A model generated the notes under the pieces. That model worked only from the letters and a program-made list of their open reading frames with translations. It was not told the DNA's origin and did no database searches. This document shows, in pieces, positions 32,949-60,004 of a stretch of DNA of 64,000 nucleotides (positions within the stretch are counted from its first letter, which is position 1; each line of letters opens with the position of its first letter). The position numbers and the translations under genes are program-made. The DNA is from Macrostomum lignano. Lineage: Eukaryota. Location: positions 280,023 through 344,022 of the forward strand of contig NIVC01000511.1 of assembly GCA_002269645.1 (NCBI GenBank), written 5' to 3'.

Positions 32949-34259
32949 ATGCCTCGCGGAGTCGAAGGTCGACTCGACCGGAGCGCCGGGCGGGCGGCCT
33001 CCTGCCTGCTGCTCGCCGCTGTCACGGCTCTGGCCGCCGACGCCGGCCGCCTGCTGCTGTACAGCTGGCACTCCGAGGGCGGCTTCCTCGGCTACATGTA
33101 CAGCGATGATGCCGCCGTGCGCTGGCCCCGCTGCCGCTCGGGACCGCTGAGCACCACTGATCCACCGCGGACTCTGCCTCTGCTGGGCCGGCCTCTGCTG
33201 CCGGATCCGCCTGCTGATAGGTGAGGCGGAAATCCCGGCTGAGAGATTCCCCACCCGACTGGGATTCTCTTTGGACTGGGATTCTCCTTCGACTGGGATT
33301 CTCCTTCGACTGGGATTCTCCTTCGACTAGGATTCTCCTTCGACTAGGATTCTCCTTCGACTGGGATTCCCCTTCGACTGGGATTCCCAACCCGACTGGG
33401 ATTCCCCTTCGACTGGGATTCCCCTTCGACTGGGATTCCCAACCCGACTGGGATTCCCAACCCGACTGGGATTCTCCTTCAAATGGGATTCCCTTTCGAC
33501 TGGGATTCCCCTTTTGATTGGGATTTTTCTTCGATTAGGACTCTTCAACTAATTTAGATTTTCTAATCAGTTTGGAGAATTTATAAGAAACACCGCATCT
33601 TCATTTTTTCCCTCAGCCTTGCTCAGCAGCATCCACAACAACAGATGCAGCAGCAGCCAGAAAAGGAGCAACAATCTCAGCTGCCGGAACAACTGCGCCA
33701 GTTTCTCTCGTCGGCAGTCGAGACCGCCGCTTTCGCAGCAGCGACAGCCGCTGAGGCCGCCAGCGCCACAGGCAGGGGCGCCGAGCCGATGGACAAGCAG
33801 CTGGCCCGCTGCCTGTTCCACGCCGGCGCCCTGGCCAGCGTCCTGCAGCTCGCCCTGGCCGTCTGCCCCGCCCTCGCCTCTGTTGGCGACAGCGGCTGGC
33901 GGAGGCGTCCGCGCTGCCCGTTGACCTCCGGGCTGCTCATCGGCTACGCCGCCCTGATGGCCACCGCGGCAGCCATCGCGGCTGGCCTCATAGCCGTCAC
34001 CTTCTTGGGCCTCGCCGAGCTTCAGCCGAGCGGCGGCGGCGGCGGCGGCGGACCGTACGCCAACCTCCTGCCGCTGTGCGGCCTCTACAGGCGGCTGTGC
34101 CTGGCCGCCGAGTGCCTCCGCCTGCTGGCCCTGCTGGTCGGGTCTGCTGCCTGCCTTCGGCTGGTGACCCTGCTGTGCAGGATGTGCCGCCGCTGCTGCT
34201 GCTGCGGCTGCGGGGACGGAAGCGGCAGGGACTCACACTTTGACGACGATGAATTCTAG
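32949..34259 (+). CDS. Two-exon orphan membrane protein with four predicted TM helices, ~304 aa
   Basis: Exons 32949-33220 and 33617-34259 (phase-2 GT-AG intron containing a 17-bp array). Four hydrophobic segments, a Gln-rich loop, Cys cluster CRMCRRCCCCGC and an acidic C-terminal tail. Confidence 0.7.
33245..33540. repeat. 17-bp intronic minisatellite
   Basis: GACTGGGATTCTCCTTC. Confidence 0.92.
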
Positions 34260-34321
34260 GGCTAGGGCTAGGGCTAGGGCTAGGGCTAGAGCTAGGGCTA
34301 GGGCTAGGGCTAGAGCTAAGG
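34256..34321. repeat. (CTAGGG)n telomere-variant repeat
   Basis: CTAGGG x5, CTAGAG, CTAGGG x3, CTAGAG, CTAAGG; begins at the TAG stop of the 4-TM gene. Confidence 0.9.
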
Positions 34322-35139
34322 CCTTTGAGAGTTTTTTCGCAGTCCAGTTCAATCCGGCAATAAAAATATAAACTTGCAAAGGTTACTTGCGGCCAATTTG
34401 ATTTTGTAGATTTTGATAATGAAAAAAATCGCTTGGATTAATAAATTTACATCGCGCAGCCAGAGGTGCTTGCGTTGGAGCCTAGGCTAGGCAGGGTTCA
34501 GATTTGGATTGATAATGACAAAATATCTCTCTTCCCCAAGGCCTCTTCATCTTGCCCTCGCCGCCGCACCTGTCCCAACAATGCATAATAATTATGACGG
34601 TTGAGACCCGCGATCCCATCGACTGCTCTTCTTCCATCCTTCTTCCCCATGCAGAATCCTTGCCCAGATCCTCATTAGCGATGGAGGCAAAAAACCCTTT
34701 GACGATTTTCCTGTCCGAATTGATTCCGCTACAGTCCAGGCAACGGAAATAATTCCCAGTTTTCCTCACTAAGCTCCCGTCTAGCTGCTAATTTTTCTAG
34801 GGCTCAGTATTTCGTGCTCCGCTTCCCCATCTGAGACACGAGAGGCCGGTCTCTCAGCCCCTCGGCCCCTCCCCGAGGATCTGGAAGAAAAGCATTCGAA
34901 ATTAACTTTCTCCTTAGATGGCGGAATGCGAAATGGATTCTGTGAGCACGTAGCTTGGACTTAAGTCTCGTAGCAATTCTAGGGACTCGGAACTTGGGAG
35001 CAGTGAGTCCAAAGTCGCTAAGCTTTTTTAATCCCTCGAGAAAAGCCGACTATCCAGAGTAGCTGAAATGGGGTAGGACTTGCAGAAAGCACACTTTGCT
35101 TACTACTCGTATGTCCGTGTGACCACCTGAGTTTAACAG

Positions 35140-35700
35140 TCCCTCTCTCTCTCTGCCCCTCTCTCCCTCTCTCCCTCTGCCCTCTCTCCCTCTGCCCCTC
35201 TCTCCCTCTCTCCCTCTGCCCTCTCTCTCTCTGCCCCTCTCTCCCTCTCTCCCTCTGCCTTCTCCCTCTGCCTTCTCCCTCTGCCCTCTCTCCCTCTGCC
35301 CTCTCTCCCTCTGCCCTCTCTCCCTCTGCCCCTCTCTCCCTCTGCCCCTCTCTCCCTCTGCCCCTCTCACCCTCTGCCCCTCTCTCCTGCCCCTCTCTCC
35401 CTCTGCCCCTCTCACCCTCTGCCCCTCTCTCCCTCTGCCCTCTCTCCTTCTGTCCCTCTCTCCCTCTGCCCCTCTCTCCCTCTCTCCCTCTGCCCTCTCT
35501 CCTTCTGTCCCTCTCTCTCTCTCTGCCCCTCTCTCCCTCTCTCCCTCTGCCCTCTCTCCTTCTGTCCCTCTCTCTCTCTCTGCCCCTCTCTCCCTCTCTC
35601 CCTCTGCCCTCTCTCCCTCTGCCCTCTCTCTCTCTGCCCCTCTCACCCTCTCTCCCTCTCTCCGCTTCTCTCCCTATCCATCTCACCCTCCTCTCTTTCC
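35140..35700. repeat. CT-rich low-complexity minisatellite
   Basis: CTCTGCCCCTCTCTCC variants. Confidence 0.9.
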
Positions 35701-36345
35701 TTCTTCATTACTATAGTACTCACTGCTCTTTCTACACGCCCTGTAAGTACTCAGAATTCATCTGTATGATACTGTATAAGAACAGTTTTTTAAATTGTAA
35801 AAAAAATTGAAAAGAAAATTGCTTCACTTAGAATTTTTTGCCAGCTTTATTTTAACTTTTTGTAACTATTTGAACTTGTCAAAGACGAGCGCTTTTGGTT
35901 TGAAAATCGCTATAACTTGCTTTTGAAGCAAGTTCCGCTTAAGCTTCTGTATTATACGCATGCCTTGCCTGTATATTAACAGCACTCAGAGATGCGTACG
36001 CGATTGCCTTGCCAAAGCGGTCATTAATTTCAATTTTACTACCGATTTTTTGCAGACAAACTGGCGTGGCTTTTTGTCAGCCAGACGCTACGCACTCCGG
36101 TGCGGCGTGATTTACGAGTATTTTATTCAGGAGCGAGCTGCCCCACCCGAGACGAATAAAATTCGATAATTAGACCAATTTATCTGCATCATAATTGGAG
36201 TCGTTACCGACTGCCGATCGAGCCTTTGTCTTTGCCGAATTATTATTAATGTTGAAATTATCGTTCACGATTATGTATGGTTATTACCTCTGGACAACTT
36301 AAGCAGTAGGACTCGACATTTTGCTAGAGGTTAGGGCCCTAACCT

Positions 36346-37126
<781 letters not shown>

Positions 37127-37685
37127 CGCTCTTTCTCGCTATCTACTATCTATAGCCAGGACCTGCACCGGAGCGGTTACGAAAATTAGATTTCTCGGTA
37201 GTTGCACGTACTCTTTTGCACTACTTGAGTAGTCTGATTTTCGTTCGGCATGGCTGGTTCCAGCAGGTAGTTCCTCTGGATAAAAGCGCTTACCGCGCCC
37301 ATTGGCTTTCCAGCTGCCTTAATCGTTTCCGGTGATCTTGTGTGCGTGCTTTCAGCGTGATTGGCTGCGGCAAGAGAGCTCGAAAGAGCTCGCTTCGCTC
37401 GCTCTTTCTCGCTATCTACTATCTATAGCCAGGACCTGCACCGGAGCGGTTACGAAAATTAGATTTCTCGGTAGTTGCACGTACTCTTTTGCACTACTTG
37501 AGTAGTCTGATTTTCGTTCGGCATGGCTGGTTCCAGCAGGTAGTTCCTCTGGATAAAAGCGCTTACCGCGCCCATTGGCTTTCCAGCTGCCTTATCGTTT
37601 CCGGTGATCTTGTGTGCGTGCTTTCAGCGTGATTGGCTGCGGCAAGAGAGCTCGAAAGAGCTCGCTTCGCTCGCTCTTTCTCGCT
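37127..37685. repeat. 273-bp head-to-tail dimer embedded in (CTAT)n
   Basis: The 14-mer CGCTCTTTCTCGCT starts at 37127, 37400 and 37672. Confidence 0.93.
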
Positions 37686-38749
37686 ATCTATCTATCTATC
37701 TATCTATCACATTTGCGAGTTCAGCTTATCAATAGGTTCAGCGCTCTCCTACTTTAGTTGTCCAGGGTCGTTATTACGCAGTACGAGCGTATTACATTGC
37801 AAGTACTTTTTAAAGTAGAATTGGGTTACGTTTGTCCCTCGGCTTTGTTGACGGGCAAAGACAGCCGTAGGCGCTGTACAGTTTGGGGATTTCTATGCCG
37901 CAACTGCCAAGCTGCGTACTAGCTAACCATCACCAACTCTGCTTAACCTACCGGTGCTATTGTCAAATCCATTTTCGATATCCCTCGCAGATTTCCAACT
38001 GGGCTCCCCGAGATTTACTGGCAAAGCCGTATATTTACTCAATCGATCCGCTGCCAACTCCCTCCCTCCCCCCATAGCAACTGTCGCCGGCATCACCCAG
38101 CAAAGATGGGGAAGCCGCACCGCTGGGATAACAGCAGTTGCCGGGACACAGCCTTAGCGTAACAGAGAAGATTCTCTCGGTGCAGACTGCATGGGACAAG
38201 CGGCTTGAGAGACGGGAAAGTCAGGAAAACGCGACTTCATGCAGCTTGAAAACGGACAGCGACAGGCGAAATAGGGGTAGCGAATTTCTTCCGAAAGATA
38301 AGGAAAGGCAAAGCCCAGAAGCATCAGCAAAAACAGCAGGTGGCGGGAGCCGCTTTGGAAATGCCAAACAGTGGAGCAGGCTAGGAGGAGGCTTGAAAAG
38401 CAGAAAAAGAAATGTGTTTTCCAGCATATTTTCTTTAGGGCTTCAAAAGCTTAGGGGATATTTTTTGGGATATTTGTACGAGACTGGGAGTAGCTTCCCA
38501 TTCTGGGAAGAAAAAATGGGAAAGAAGTCGACGCTAAGCATTCCAATACAGAGCTGTATTTTCCCACACACACAGCAGCAGCAGTCGGTTGCGCCTGGCT
38601 GCCCTGCTAGCATTTCCACCACTGGAAATGCAGTTTTCTCTGCGCTAAATGCTGACTCTGGACTGATGGACCGCTTGCACTGAAGGTTGATAAATTGCCA
38701 ATAGCAATTCAGCAGTGCCCAAGCACCTGCTTCCTCGGCCCGTCTGCCT

Positions 38750-39330
38750 GAACCTCTCTCCCTTGCCTCTCCATCTCTCTCCCTCACTCTGATTCTCTCT
38801 CCGTCTCTCTCTTCCTCTCTCTGTCTCCATCTCTCTCCCTCACTCTGATTCTCTCTCCGTCTCTCTCTTCCTCTCTCTGTCTCCATCTCTCTCCCTCACT
38901 CTGATTCTCTCTCCGTCTCTCTCTTCCTCTCTCCGTCTCCATCTCTCTCCCTCACTCTGATTCTCTCTCCGTCTCTCTCTTCCTCTCTCTGTCTCCATCT
39001 CTCTCCCTTACTCTGATTCTCTCTCCGTCTCTCTCTTCCTCTCTCTGTCTCCATCTCTCTCCCTCACTCTGATTCTCTCTCCGTCTCTCTCTTCCTCTCT
39101 CTGTCTCCATCTCTCTCCCTCACTCTGATTCTCTCTCCGTCTCTCTCTTCCTCTCTCTGTCTCCATCTCTCTCCCTCACTCTGATTCTCTCTCCGTCTCT
39201 CTCTTCCTCTCTCTGTCTCCATCTCTCTCCCTCACTCTGATTCTCTCTCCGTCTCTCTCTTCCTCTCTCTGTCTCCATCTCTCTCTCTCACTCTGATTCT
39301 CTCTCCGTCTCATTCTCTCTGTCTCTTCTT
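38750..39330. repeat. 56-bp CT-rich minisatellite
   Basis: CCATCTCTCTCCCTCACTCTGATTCTCTCTCCGTCTC... Confidence 0.92.
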
Positions 39331-40364
39331 TTCCCTCTCTCCATTCCTCTCTTTTCCTCTCTCTCTATCCGCCTCTCGCTCTCTCCCTCGACGTGTCTTC
39401 ATCTTCACACTCTACCTCTGCACCTCTATCTTTATCTCTATGTCTTCTACCCATCCTCGTTCTGTTACACTTTGTCTCGAAGCCCTCTCTTCCTGTGCAA
39501 GGTATAAATTCTTCACTTTTATTTTTATTCTTCAATCTTCCCTATTCTGCATCAGTATTTACGTCTAATGCAGGCAGGCCACAGGTACAACGCAAATTCT
39601 CTGCATTCTCACCAAATTCACCAGCTCTGGTCACTCAGCAGTGAACATACGCGGTGAAATTCGAATTCAAACTTCGTTTATGCAGTATAATTCTTCTGAA
39701 CAAATGAACAATACGCTTTTACAGGCAATTGCATCACAGGCTATCTGGTACTTCGTAAGTGATGAAGCATAACAATTATAAGAGCAAAATGAAATTCATA
39801 AAAATGAAATTGATTGTCAATGCAAAATATTGATCGCACACATTTTTCTAGCGATTTTAGTGTTACTACTTTAAGTAGGTGCACAATGAAATTCACAGAT
39901 GAGAATGCAATGAATTTGCAAAAGCATCACAATAGCGACAAGCTGAGCAACTTTATGACAAATGAAATATCTTCATTCGATGCAATGCAGTGATTGATAT
40001 CTTTGATCAGCTTGAAAAATACTAGGACGCACTTTGCAAGCAAAACCTTTTCAAAGAGATCAAATAGCAGTTTTTTATGAGCCAGGAAACTAGGCTAACT
40101 TGCATATTTGCGAACCAAATTTATCTAGTTTCATTGGCTCAATATTAATCCTATTATGCGGAAGATTATATATAGTAGGGGACAATAATAAAAACAGATG
40201 ATTGCTTTGAGGAGTTAGAGTGCTTTGCTGCACTTGCACGAGCTGCAAAAGAAGCAAAGTAAAGTAGACTTTGCCAGGACAGGAATAACTACACATGTGA
40301 ATGCACTAACTGTGAGGGCAGACAGTGTATAGATGATTTGTAAGCGTTAGGTGGGTGGCTACGT

Positions 40365-40935
40365 CTAGGGCAGGGAGTGAGGTGGGTCTAGGGCAGAAAG
40401 TGAGGTGGGATGTCTAGGGCAAGGTGTGAGATGGGTGTCTAGGGCAAGGAATGAGGTGGGTGTCTAGGGCAAGGAGTGAGGTGGGCGTCTAGGGCAGGGA
40501 GTGAGGTGGGTGTCTAGGGCAGAAAGTGAGGTGGGATGTCTAGGGCAAGGTGTGAGATGGGTGTCTAGGGCAAGGAGTGAGATGGGTGTCTAGGGCAAGG
40601 AGTGAGGTGGGCGTCTAGGGCAGGGAGTGAGGTGGGACGTCTAGGGCAGGGAGTGAGGTGGGACGTCTAGGGCAGGGAGTGAGGTGGGTGTCTAGGGCAA
40701 GGTGTGAGATGGGTCTCTAGGGCAAGGAGTGAGGTGGGCGTCTAGGGCAGGGAGTGAGGTGGGATGTCTAGGGCAAGGAGTGAGATGGGTGTCTAGGGCA
40801 GGGAGTGAGGTGGGATGTCTAGGGCAGGGAGTGAGGTGGGATGTCTAGGGCAGGGAGTGAGGTGGGTGTCTAAGGCAGGGAGTGAGGTGGGTGTCTAGAG
40901 CTAGGAGGAGTGAGGGACATCTAGGGCGGGGAGTG
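40365..40935. repeat. ~25-bp G-rich minisatellite
   Basis: GTCTAGGGCAGGGAGTGAGGTGGG. Confidence 0.92.
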
Positions 40936-41116
40936 AGGTAGATGTATTGTGATATCAACCATGCAGTGCCATCCTTGTGTAATCTAAAGTATGTTAGGTA
41001 ATAAAACATTCAATAAAACTCTTTGTTCAGTGGACTCTGCTATCTGGCCGGATGGAGTTAGAAATCGCATCATTAACTGGAGGAATTTCCACTTTTTTAA
41101 CTCAGCTCGCCCGCCG

Positions 41117-54925
<13,809 letters not shown>

Positions 54926-55186
54926 CTGCAGTTTCATTCTCTAAATGCTTTGAAACCCTATGGCTAAGCAGATGAGACTTTACTGGAGCCCAACAGAAGT
55001 TGATGATGTCGCGTGACGCGTGGCTGAGTCCCCAAGCAATAAAATATGAGCTGAGCTGCCTGCAGCGCCCACCTAGCCAATCAGCGGGTGGGAGCCGGGC
55101 TGCACCAATCGCGAGATTCACAAGAGATTTTCCGGCTTTTTCCAACCTCATCCATGCAGAGAATTCCGATGTCATATTTTACAGAA

Positions 55187-56110
55187 GACCAATGCTACCT
55201 GACCAATGCTACCTGACCAATGCTACCTGACCAATGCTACCTGACCAATGCTACCTGACCAATGCTACCTGACCAATGCTACCTGACCAATGCTACCTGA
55301 CCAATGCTACCTGACCAATGCTACCTGACCAATGCTACCTGACCAATGCTACCTGACCAATGCTACCTGACCAATGCTACCTGACCAATGCTACCTGACC
55401 AATGCTACCTGACCAATGCTACCTGACCAATGCTACCTGACCAATGCTACCTGACCAATGCTACCTGACCAATGCTACCTGACCAATGCTACCTGACCAA
55501 TGCTACCTGACCAATGCTACCTGACCAATGCTACCTGACCAATGCTACCTGACCAATGCTACCTGACCAATGCTACCTGACCAATGCTACCTGACCAATG
55601 CTACCTGACCAATGCTACCTGACCAATGCTACCTGACCAATGCTACCTGACCAATGCTACCTGACCAATGCTACCTGACCAATGCTACCTGACCAATGCT
55701 ACCTGACCAATGCTACCTGACCAATGCTACCTGACCAATGCTACCTGACCAATGCTACCTGACCAATGCTACCTGACCAATGCTACCTGACCAATGCTAC
55801 CTGACCAATGCTACCTGACCAATGCTACCTGACCAATGCTACCTGACCAATGCTACCTGACCAATGCTACCTGACCAATGCTACCTGACCAATGCTACCT
55901 GACCAATGCTACCTGACCAATGCTACCTGACCAATGCTACCTGACCAATGCTACCTGACCAATGCTACCTGACCAATGCTACCTGACCAATGCTACCTGA
56001 CCAATGCTACCTGACCAATGCTACCTGACCAATGCTACCTGACCAATGCTACCTGACCAATGCTACCTGACCAATGCTACCTGACCAATGCTACCTGACC
56101 AATGCTACCT
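55187..56110. repeat. Homogeneous 14-bp array, ~66 copies
   Basis: GACCAATGCTACCT with no variants seen. Confidence 0.98.
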
Positions 56111-56394
56111 GTGACACCATTGGTCAGGTAGCATAGATTAAAGACCATTTTTCAGGTAGCAAATTCAAATTCTTAGTTTTTTTAGTTCAATGAGTTCAAA
56201 TTCTATGAATTCTACTCGTCAGTAGTATCATGATGGCTTACTGCTATTTCTTTTTTTAGGAAGAATTTTTAGGAAGAAGAGAAACCCGAGCCTTCACTTG
56301 GCTCCCATCGGCGTGAAAGGTCAGTTGACAGCATGCACAGTCTCTCCTGATATCCAGGCTTTTCTCTGGCACTCCTGACACCAGAATAAGTTTT

Positions 56395-57365
56395 CTGACA
56401 CCACTGTATCTCCTGACACTCCACTGTCTCTCCCGACACTCCACTGTCTCTCCTGACACTCCACTCTCTCCTGACACTCCACTCTCTCCTGACACTCCAC
56501 TGTCTCTCCTGACACTCCACTCTCTCCTGACACTCCACTCTCTCCTGACACTCCACTGTCTCTCCTGACACTCCACTCTCTCCTGACACTCCACTCTCTC
56601 CTGACACTCCACTGTCTCTCCTGACACTCCACTCTCTCCTGACACTCCACTGTCTCTCCCGACACTCCAGTGTCTCTCCTGACACTCCACTGTCTCTCCT
56701 GACACTCCACTCTCTCCTGACACTCCACTGTCTCTCCTGACACTCTACTGTCTCTCCCGACACTCCAGTGTCTCTCCTGACACTCCACTGTCTCTCCTGA
56801 CACTCCACTCTCTCCTGACACTCCACTGTCTCTCCTGACACTCCACTGTCTCTCCCGACACTCCACTGTCTCTCCTGACACTCCACTGTCTCTCCCGACA
56901 CTCCACTGTCTCTCCTGACACTCCACTGTCTCTCCCGACACTCCACTGTCTCTCCTGACACTCCACTGTCTCTCCCGACACTCCACTGTCTCTCCTGACA
57001 CTCCACTGTCTCTCCCGACACTCCACTGTCTCTCCTGACACTCCACTGTCTCTCCCGACACTCCACTGTCTCTCCTGACACTCCACTGTCTCTCCCGACA
57101 CTCCACTGTCTCTCCTGACACTCCACTGTCTCTCCTGACACTCCATTGTCTCTCCTGACACTCCACTGTCTCTCCTGACACTCCACTGTCTCTCCCGACA
57201 CTCCACTGTCTCTCCTGACACTCCACTGTCTCTCCTGACACTCCAGTGTCTCTCCTGACACTCCACTGTCTCTCCCGACACTCCAGTCTCTCTCCTGACA
57301 CTCCACTGTCTCTCCTGACACTCCACTGTCTCTCCTGACACTTCACTGTCTCTCCTGACACTTCA
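56395..57365. repeat. 20/18-bp minisatellite
   Basis: GACACTCCACTGTCTCTCCT. Confidence 0.96.
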
Positions 57366-58274
57366 CTGTTTCTTCTGAGACCCCAATATTTCTGAATCTC
57401 TACTGTTCACCCTGACTCTCTACTATCCACCCTGACTCTCTACTGTCCACCCTAACACCTGATGTCTTTCCTGACACGCCAAAAAGACATTCAACTACGG
57501 AGTTGCACATGCTGTCTATTCAGTAAAAATACAGCCCAGGATCAGAACAATGATACAAGCCAGCAACACACGTCCCTAGCAAAAGCAAATGGATGCAGCT
57601 TCCGCACCAAAACTACAAGAATAAAAAGGCATCGAAAATTCTCCCATTTTCGCTTAGGCATTGTCTTGACAGGGTTGGCAGAGACAGTGAACAGTTAAAG
57701 TTTTCGTTTGAATTTCGCATAAAGAGGATGGATGCCAGGATGAAGCATAGAAGCTGGAGGATGTCTGTAACTAAGCCAAGCAGGTCGCGACACATCGCGG
57801 CAGGAGGTTATAAAATTCTGTAAATGCACGCCGGAATCATTGTGAAATCTACTCTAGTCAGCCTCCTTCATCTTCCTTCCTTTCAGACTGCAGTTCATGC
57901 CAACAAGCTAAGAATTATTGATCCCTGATCAGGTGAAGGCAGGAGGCCTTTGTCTTCAGCGAGCAGGGGGGGGGCGAATGAAGAAATAGGGATGCAGGGC
58001 TAAATCACTGTTCATGTTGCGCATCCCTTTACTGTCCATTATTGTCCATTATGCTGTGTCTGTAATAGTGAGATAACTAAACAAGATCCGCGTTGCCAGA
58101 CCATATTTAACTTTTCCCTATAGTCTACTTACTGTGCACTTAAATCTCGTGCATTGCTTCGGTTGATTCTGCATACACGACTCCGCCATCTCTTTTCTGT
58201 TTGAAATTATGAGCAAGCAGTATGGGTGTTGTGGGAGACGGAGAAGAAAGAGGGGGCGATTCGGAATCGGGAAA

Positions 58275-58755
58275 AGGACAGGGGAGAGAAGGAGAGAGAA
58301 GAGAAGGAGAAGGGAGAAGGAGAGGGGGAGAAGGAGAGGGAGAGAAGGAGATGGAGAGAAGGAGAGGGAAGAGGAGGAGAGGGGAGAGAAGGAGAGGGGA
58401 GAGAAGGAGAGGGGAGAGAAGGAGAGGGAAGAGGAGGAGAGGGGAGAGGAGGAGAGGGGTCAGGAGAGGGGAGAGAAGGAGAGGGAGAAAGGAGAGGGGA
58501 GAGAAGGAGAGGGGAGAAGGAGAGGGGAGAGAAGGAGAGGGAGAAAGGAGAGGGGAGAGAAGGGGAGGGGAGAGAGGGAGAGGGGAGAGAAGGAGAAGGG
58601 AGAGAGGGAGAGGGGAGAGAAGGGGAGGGAGAGAAGGAGAGGGGAGAGAAGGAGAGGGGAGAGAAGGAGAGGGAGAAAGAAGAGGGGAGAGAAGGAGAGG
58701 GGAGAGAAGGAGAGGGGAGAGAAGGAGAGGGGAGAGGGAGAGGGACAGAAGAGAG
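58275..58755. repeat. GA-rich low-complexity tract
   Basis: GGAGAGGGGAGAGAA variants. Confidence 0.9.
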
Positions 58756-60004
58756 GCAGGTCGGAGCAGTCAGTGAACCGCAAGCCGGTCACGCTGGGTA
58801 GCGCGCACCCTCCAATCGATTCAGCCATTGGGTTGCGGAAGTCCATCGCTGGTCCAGAAGGGAAGACAAAGGGAAGATTTGCCTGGCCAGACTCGTCATT
58901 AGCGGCTGCATATCCGCCTCAACGCCTTCGTGCGGCAAATGACGGTGGCTGACTCTGTTTGCCGTTGCAGTTTTAGGTTTGAAGATTTTCATTTTTAGTA
59001 TATAGGATTCTTCTTTGTCTGAAATTTCTCAGGCGTCACAGAATCTGATGAAGCGCGGGCCGGCAGCTGTGCAGTGATAGATTGGGGAGGCCGATCTGCC
59101 CTTCTCGAGTGCGGCCCCTGAGAGACTGTCCGCAGAACCGGCTGGGGGATTGGCAAGACAGGGACAATCAGACAAGAGACGCGAGGGGATTAAGAGAGAC
59201 AAATGATCCGCCTGCGGGGCCGCCGCGAGTCATTATTTCCAGAGTCGGTGCTCAGCATCTCCGCCATTCGAGTACAATACTCTCTTGTATTCTTAGTTGC
59301 TAGGCCGAAATATTGTTTTTGTTGTTGTGCTGTCAGAGTGGCATGGGCATAAAGTCAATATAGGGTCAAACTGTTCTTCAAGTTTTGGATCCAATAAAAA
59401 GGATCTGAAGTTAAAGGAATCCCCCACTGGATAAAAACCCGGGATCTTTATAGCCGCTCAATAGAACTTAAGGTCCATCCGAAGATCCTGGACTTTAAGG
59501 TCTTTAAAGGGATTTTTTAAAGAATTTTAGGGCAACCCAAAATTCCTTAGATTTGAAAGCCATCTAAAGAATCTGGATTTTAGAGCCTCCCAAAAGTACC
59601 CTGGATTTGAGAGCCACTTAAAAGTACCCTGGATTTGAGAGCCACCCAAGTACCCTGGATTTGAGAGCCACCCAAGTACCCTGGATTTGAGAGCCACCCA
59701 AGTACCCTGGATTTGAGAGCCACCCAAGTACCCTGGATTTGAGAGCCACCCAAGTACCCTGGATTTGAGAGCCACCCAAAAGTACCCTGGATTTGAGAGC
59801 CACCCAAAACCCTGGATTTGAGAGCCACCCAAAAGTACCCTGGATTTGAGAGCCACCCAAAACCCTGGATTTGAGAGCCACCCAAAAGTACCCTGGATTT
59901 GAGAGCCACCCAAAACCCTGGATTTGAGAGCCACCCAAAAGACCCTGGATTTGCGAGTCAACAAAAGACTCTGGATTTGAGAGCCACCAAAAGACCCTGG
60001 ATTT

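Noticed and set aside
38138-38683. 181-aa ORF with a TTG start
   Set aside because: No motif, no codon or splice support.
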